A stretch of 64,000 nt of DNA. Origin: Eledone cirrhosa (taxonomy: Eukaryota). The notes below the pieces were generated by a model. The model did no database searches, was not told where the DNA came from, and saw nothing but the letters and a program-made list of their open reading frames with translations. Both the position numbers and the translations under genes were made by a program. This document shows, piece after piece, positions 58,492 through 64,000 of the stretch. The DNA lies in assembly GCA_964016885.1 (NCBI GenBank), contig OZ024747.1:10664001-10728000 (forward strand), in the 5' to 3' direction. The first letter of the stretch is position 1. Each line of letters opens with the position of its first letter.

Positions 58492-58562
58492 AATATAGAA
58501 AGGCTTCTACAGGACTAGAACTGTTTCATTCAGGAGAAATCATCAGAAAGCCTTTCTATATT
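58492..58562 (-). ncRNA. Type I hammerhead, family C, on the Smad sense strand (element 58410-58570)
   Basis: Minus strand: aatatagaaaggcttt-CTGATGA-tttc(tcct)gaat-GAAA-cag(ttctagtc)ctg-TA-gaagcctttctatatt, 16-bp stem I. Homologous to 35400-35600; TA-flanked. Confidence 0.7.
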
Positions 58563-58574
58563 ATATATATATGG

Positions 58575-58871
58575 AAAATCTGAGATGGTGTGTAGGAGAG
58601 AAGACTGTGTAGATATGGAAATGTGATGTGCATGGACAATGACTGATGAGTGAAGAAATACCAGGAAATCCCAGTGGAAGGAAGCTACAGTAGATGGCAG
58701 CCAAGAAAGACCTGGGTAAAAGTTGCGGAAGGTGACCTCAAATCGCTAAGATTGGCAGAGGAGATGATGAAGAAGGAATGCGACGAGTGTAGAGATGCAG
58801 TGCTGAGAAGGACCTGTCCAACCCATGCAAGCATGGAAAAGTGGACATAAGGACAACGATGATGATGATGA

Positions 58872-58873
<2 letters not shown>
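58575..58873 (+). mobile_element. RTE LINE 3' end with (GAT)n tail
   Basis: ..VEGSYSRWQPRKTWVKV.., then catgcaagcatggaaaagtggacat and gatgatgat. Confidence 0.75.
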
Positions 58874-58961
<88 letters not shown>

Positions 58962-59177
58962 CAAAATAGGCAACAAGGTCCCAGGACATCTGAGCTGCAA
59001 CCACCTTAAATCCCACCAGTGTCTGAGGGATCATGGGCATTGCCCCCTCTGTGACCAAACCATGGAGGAAAACAAATCCCCATATTGAATGTTACAATTC
59101 AACCCCTACCGCCAACTCTTACCAACATCCTAGAAATTTTGTAATTTCCGACACTGCAGAAATTCACTAAAAGCAAG

Positions 59178-59209
<32 letters not shown>

Positions 59210-59422
59210 GTATTTGTGTTTATATTATGTGTGTATGTTTGTGTTGGTAGTATAAATATGTATACTTGTGTGTGTGTTTATAATATATGTGTACTTGCTC
59301 TCAAATATGTGTGTGTGTGTGTTGTGTGTGTGTTTATAATATATGTACACTTGTATTCAAATGTGTGTGTGTTTATAATACAAATACAAATATGTATACT
59401 TGCTCCCCAATGTGTGTGTGTG

Positions 59423-59520
<98 letters not shown>

Positions 59521-60159
59521 AGTATAATAATATATAGCTACACATGCTGTACACAGAAACACTTCCAGAGAACAACTCTGTCCCAGGGAAACTTTTTCAA
59601 GGAAGGAGGAATTCACACTAGAATACCTCCTTCCACACACCACCACCTCTTCCTCCTCCTCCTTCGGAATTCCTTTCTGTTCTATGAAGTGGGGTGGGGG
59701 AAGATGGTGGGTGTTTAAGTCAGATGGAAAAAAAAAAAAGAAAGTAACCCAGAAAACACATAAACACAGGCAGGCAGAGCCAAAAAAATGGAGTTAGGTT
59801 AAGACTAAGACATGGCGGCGGTGGAGGATCAAGAAAGCTGCCATGATGCTAGTGATGGTGGAGAGGGAGAGTGTGTGTGTATGTGTGAGTGCAAGTTACT
59901 AAAGGAGGAGGGAGGGGGAAGACAGAACGAAAGGAAAAGGAGCCAGGGCGAGGTAGAGAGGCTTTTTAAGCCACCAAAAAGCCACATAAACTGCAATGGC
60001 AGCAGCGGCGGCATCCGGTACCTCGTTACCCCCGTTACCCCGTTACCCCGTTACCCACCACCAGGGTAGCCAGCAGTAAAAACTTATACTTACACTCCTA
60101 TAGTCATTATAAGGAGTATTTATATATGTTAGAAATCATTATTATTGCTGTTGTTAAGG

Positions 60160-60660
60160 GTATGGTGGTGGTGGTGGTGGTGGTGGCGGTGGGGGGTATA
60201 GAGGTAGTGGTGGTGGTGGCGGTGGGGGGTATAGAGGTAGTGGTAGCAGTGGTGGTGGGGGTATAGAGGTAGTGGTGGTGGTGGCGGTGGGGGGTATAGA
60301 GGTAGTGGTAGCAGTGGTGGTGGGGGTATAGAGGTAGTGGTGGTGGTGGCGGTGGGGGGTATAGAGGTAGTGGTAGCAGTGGTGGTGGGGGTATAGAGGT
60401 AGTGGTGGTGGTGGGGGTATAGAGGTAGTGGTAGCAGTGGTGGTGGGGGTATAGTGGTAGCAGTGGTGGTGGGGGTATAGATGTAGCGGTGGTGGTGGGG
60501 GTATAGATGTAGTGGGGAAATAGAGGTAGCGGTGGTGGTGGGGGTATAGAGGTAGTGGTAGCAGTGGTGGTGGTGGGGGTATAGAGGTAGCGGTGGTGGG
60601 GGAATAGAGGTAGCGGTGGTGGGGGAATAGAGGTAGCGGTGGTGGTGGGGGTATAGTAAA
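60160..60660. repeat. G-rich low-complexity tandem (ggggtatagaggtagtggtggt)
   Basis: Read directly. Confidence 0.9.
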
Positions 60661-60949
60661 CTGTTTTTTCATAAACAGTAGTAGAAGGGGAAGGGGGTCT
60701 TCTATCATTATAAATATTACCATTATATATTTCTGATAAGTATTTAAAACGACATATTAAACCATTATAATCATTATTATTAATAGTTAATAGTTAGCTG
60801 AAGGCTTCTATAGGGGTAGCCCCCCCCCTCCCACATACACACATACATTGTGAATGTGTCTGAACAGGAATAAGTACAATTGGTGTGAAGTACTCAATAC
60901 AACTAGACTGTACCCCCAGGCCTAACCCAGTGATGACGTTTGAGGAAAC

Positions 60950-62960
60950 GGCTGGGTAGATTCAGAGGCAAAAACTTATCTGGAGAAGGAAGACATAGAA
61001 ACTGAGGGATGTCCTACTCCTCGACCCCTATAACAGTAAGGAGCAGATGGAGACCCATAACATTGAGGAGAATTAGGGCTTCCTATGTGACAATCTTCTG
61101 AAGGCCACAGACCAGGTCTGGGGATGGTCCAAGATCCCAGCACAACATGGGGTGAGTGGGGAATGATAGGATAGATAGGGCCATAGAAGCAAAGTAACAG
61201 GCCCGGAAAGACCGGGGACGAGGTGGAAACATAGAGAAATAATTAATAGCTAGAAAAGAGGTTAGGTGCCAAGTATATTTAGCAAGGGGAGAAGCAGAGA
61301 AGTTTGCACATATTCTATGAGGATCAGACTCAAGAAGTGTTCCAGAATGAAAGACAGTGAGCCAGTGAATGACAAAACATTAGAGAAAAGTGTATCTGAA
61401 ATGATAGGAGCACTTGCCCTGCCTGACTCTGTAAGTCCTATTAAAAGAGACTGATGAACAAAGAGAATAAATGGGAGAGTGAGGGCTTATCTCATGTTGA
61501 CACAACTGAGGGACCAGGACCAGCCTTGAAAGTTGACATTGGAGCAATAGTTAAAAAGATATGAAGGTAGGAAAGCTAGTTGGACCACCTGGTATAGATG
61601 CTGAGATGCTAGAAAGATATTCCAAGGTAGGTTATGAGCCAGTCACAGATACATAATTAATCAAGTGGTACAAGATGGTGCGATACTCAATAACTGGTGC
61701 AATAGTAGCATTACAAACTGTTACAAGGGTTTAGGGAGATAAACTAGATAGAGATAACTACAGCAACATCAAGTTGATAGATCAGGTCCTGGAACTTACT
61801 GAGAGGGTTATAGCACAACTAATTAGGGACAAAGTTAGGTTAAATAAGATGATGATCGGTAGAAGGACTTACTGATGCCCACTTTTTAGTGAAACAACTC
61901 CAAGAGAAGTATTTGATCAAGAGTAAGCCATTGTATCTGGCATTTGTGGATCTGGAGAAGGCCTTTGATAGAGTTCTTCATTTTGTATTTTGGTGGACAC
62001 TATGGAAGCTAGGTGTAGAGGTGCAATCCTCTATCCATTATGCCGAGGTTAACTTTGCCTTTCATCCTTATAGGGTCGATAAAATAAAGTACCAGTAATG
62101 CACTGGGTAATTGCTGGCCTTGTGCCAAAAGTAGAAACAATTATTTAGTATTGTCCTTACAGGCCATTGTGGAAGAGTTTCAAATGGGAACAACTAGGGA
62201 GAGTCAGTGGCAACATTCTAGACATGAAAGAAAACCAGAGAATCAAAAGGCCTAAAAATAAACTTAGCCAAGAATAAAGTCTTTATAAGAAGGAAGGGGG
62301 ACAGGAATCTGATACCATCAGGGAAGTGGCCTTGCTTGGTGTGTTGGAGAGTGGGTAGAAACTCCATAAGGTGCATACATTGTAATCTATGGATGTACAA
62401 GAGGTGCAGTGGGATTGCAGTTAGGTTAATGGAGAGGATAGACTTTGTATGTGGCAGATGTAGAGAAGTAAGCATTACGAGCACACAGGAAAGATTTCCT
62501 CAGCTGCAAGGGGTGGCTCTTTAGATGTTATTGACAGCTTTTGTTACTAAGGGTACCCAATTAGCAATTGGGGAAGATGCTATGAAAGCCAGGATAAGAA
62601 TGGGTTGGAAGAAGCAAAAAATTACTTTTTACCCTGATTGAGGAGCAATATGAATGGTGCCCACATTTGAACTGCAATACAAGATGGCAGTGAGACAATA
62701 TTTACGAAGGCTAGAAAGAAATGAAGTGAGTATGCTGTGATTGGTGTGCATGAATGATGTAACAGAAGAGGGATTAGATGTAAAGTGCAAGAAGACTGCA
62801 CTGGTGTAGCCATGATGTGTATGGAAGATGACAGATATAAATAAAAGTACAGAGAAATTTCAGTGGATGGAACTTGTGGAAGAAGTAGACATAAGAAAAC
62901 ATGGGATAAGGTAGTGAAAACCAACTATGAGAAACTGGACCTTTCAACTGAGATGACAAA
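60950..62960 (+). mobile_element. Decayed RTE-clade LINE ORF with RT motifs and a Cys/His finger; SINE inserted at about 62030-62143
   Basis: KQLQEKYLIKSKPLYLAFVDLEKAFDRV; WPCLVCWRVGRNSIRCIHCNLWMYKRCSG..FVCGRC; terminal GTCGRSRHKKTW. Confidence 0.85.
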
Positions 62961-63085
62961 GATCTGCGAGCCCCTAGCCTGCGTTAGTGGTCAGTAGTTC
63001 TGCTTGAGTACTGACCCAGTCTGTGATCGCCCATCAAATGTGGTGAATTCAACCGATTAAAAGAAAGATTCTTTAAGATCTCATT

Positions 63086-63214
63086 GAGAATTCTTCTGTT
63101 CAATGTTGTCCTAATGGGCAGGTGTTACTAGCCTCAACTTCCCATTCACCTCCTGAGATTAAAGAACTGTTAACTTTAAATACTGATAAAGATGTTAAAT
63201 TTAGATCTCATATT
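63086..63214 (+). mobile_element. Probable Helitron Rep/helicase N-terminal fragment
   Basis: ENSSVQCCPNGQVLLASTSHSPPEIKELLTLNTDKDVKFRSHI fits the recalled E...CCxxGxVxL...PP..L..LL....F...I pattern. Confidence 0.5.
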
Positions 63215-64000
63215 GTAGCTGTCACGTCTTCAGACATAAAGGGCACTAAAGAACATCATAATCCATTAGGAGTGATTGTATGATTGTATACTCATACAAT
63301 ATCGATGGCAAGGCCGTCCATCGATTGCCTCACAGATCATGAACCACGTTCTGCTACCGTTTCCATTACTATTTCTGTCTAAATACATACTACCGGAATA
63401 TATAATACAATGATTGTTTCTATTTTTGGCATAAGGCCAGCAATTACACCAACGCATTACTGGTACTTTATTTTATCGAAACCGTAAGGATGAAAGGCAA
63501 AGTTAACCTCGGCGGGATTTGAACTCAGAATGGCAAGGGCCGTAACTATGCGTCAAAGCATGGCGTCCGACCCTCTGCCGATACTGCCAATCCACCGCCG
63601 TTGAGTTTCTACTTTTGGCGAAAGGCCAGCGATTACCCCAGTGCATCACTGGTACTTTATTTTATCGACCAATATATATAACACAATGATATCAATGCAA
63701 AACACTATTCTCAAGATAGCATGTTCGCACTAACGGAAGCCCAACACACACACGACGATCTGTTGATACATACACTTATATACAAATACACGTATACACA
63801 GATACAAATATATATAATTATGTAAAACTCATTTCTGTCTTATTCCTTATGCTTTTCTCAAATACCCCCCCCCCCCCTACCATTATCTCCTTAATAGTCT
63901 ATCACACGATCCCTTCCACCACCCCCACCACCACTATTGCACTATAGAAGACAGGGTCCTTAAGAAATACAACAGTTAGTAAGGAGGGGGGGGGGCTAAG

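Noticed and set aside
60154-60723. Minus-strand proline-rich ORF ending PPPPYP as the missing PY exon
   Set aside because: It is a low-complexity tandem repeat with a stop right after it and no suitable splice sites.
60925-60957. Hammerhead-like acccag-TGATGA..GAAAcgg-ctgggt
   Set aside because: It lacks C3 and a UH triplet; at best a dead relic.

Overview
Repeat-rich eukaryotic DNA. The SINE families and very long (TA)n/(CA)n/(GA)n tracts suggest an octopus or other coleoid cephalopod (inference). The only host gene I can support is an inhibitory Smad (Smad6/7) on the minus strand. Three coding exons with canonical AG/GT ends and phase-1 introns splice in frame: exon 2 (43134-43190, 57 nt), exon 3 (28237-28314, 78 nt) and the MH2 exon (14974-15503). 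The MH1 exon is probably beyond 64000. Exon 2 has lost the PPxY (PY) motif. The 3723-aa ORF is a stop-free 34-bp satellite that happens to run in frame into the MH2 exon; the satellite was amplified from inside an RTE LINE fragment. The main unannotated system is a set of short (TA)n-embedded elements from several families carrying type I hammerhead ribozymes, resembling Penelope-like pseudo-LTRs. Six of them form fold-back palindromes whose turning points lie in or just 5' of the ribozyme. All calls are from reading by eye; no alignments or folding programs were run.
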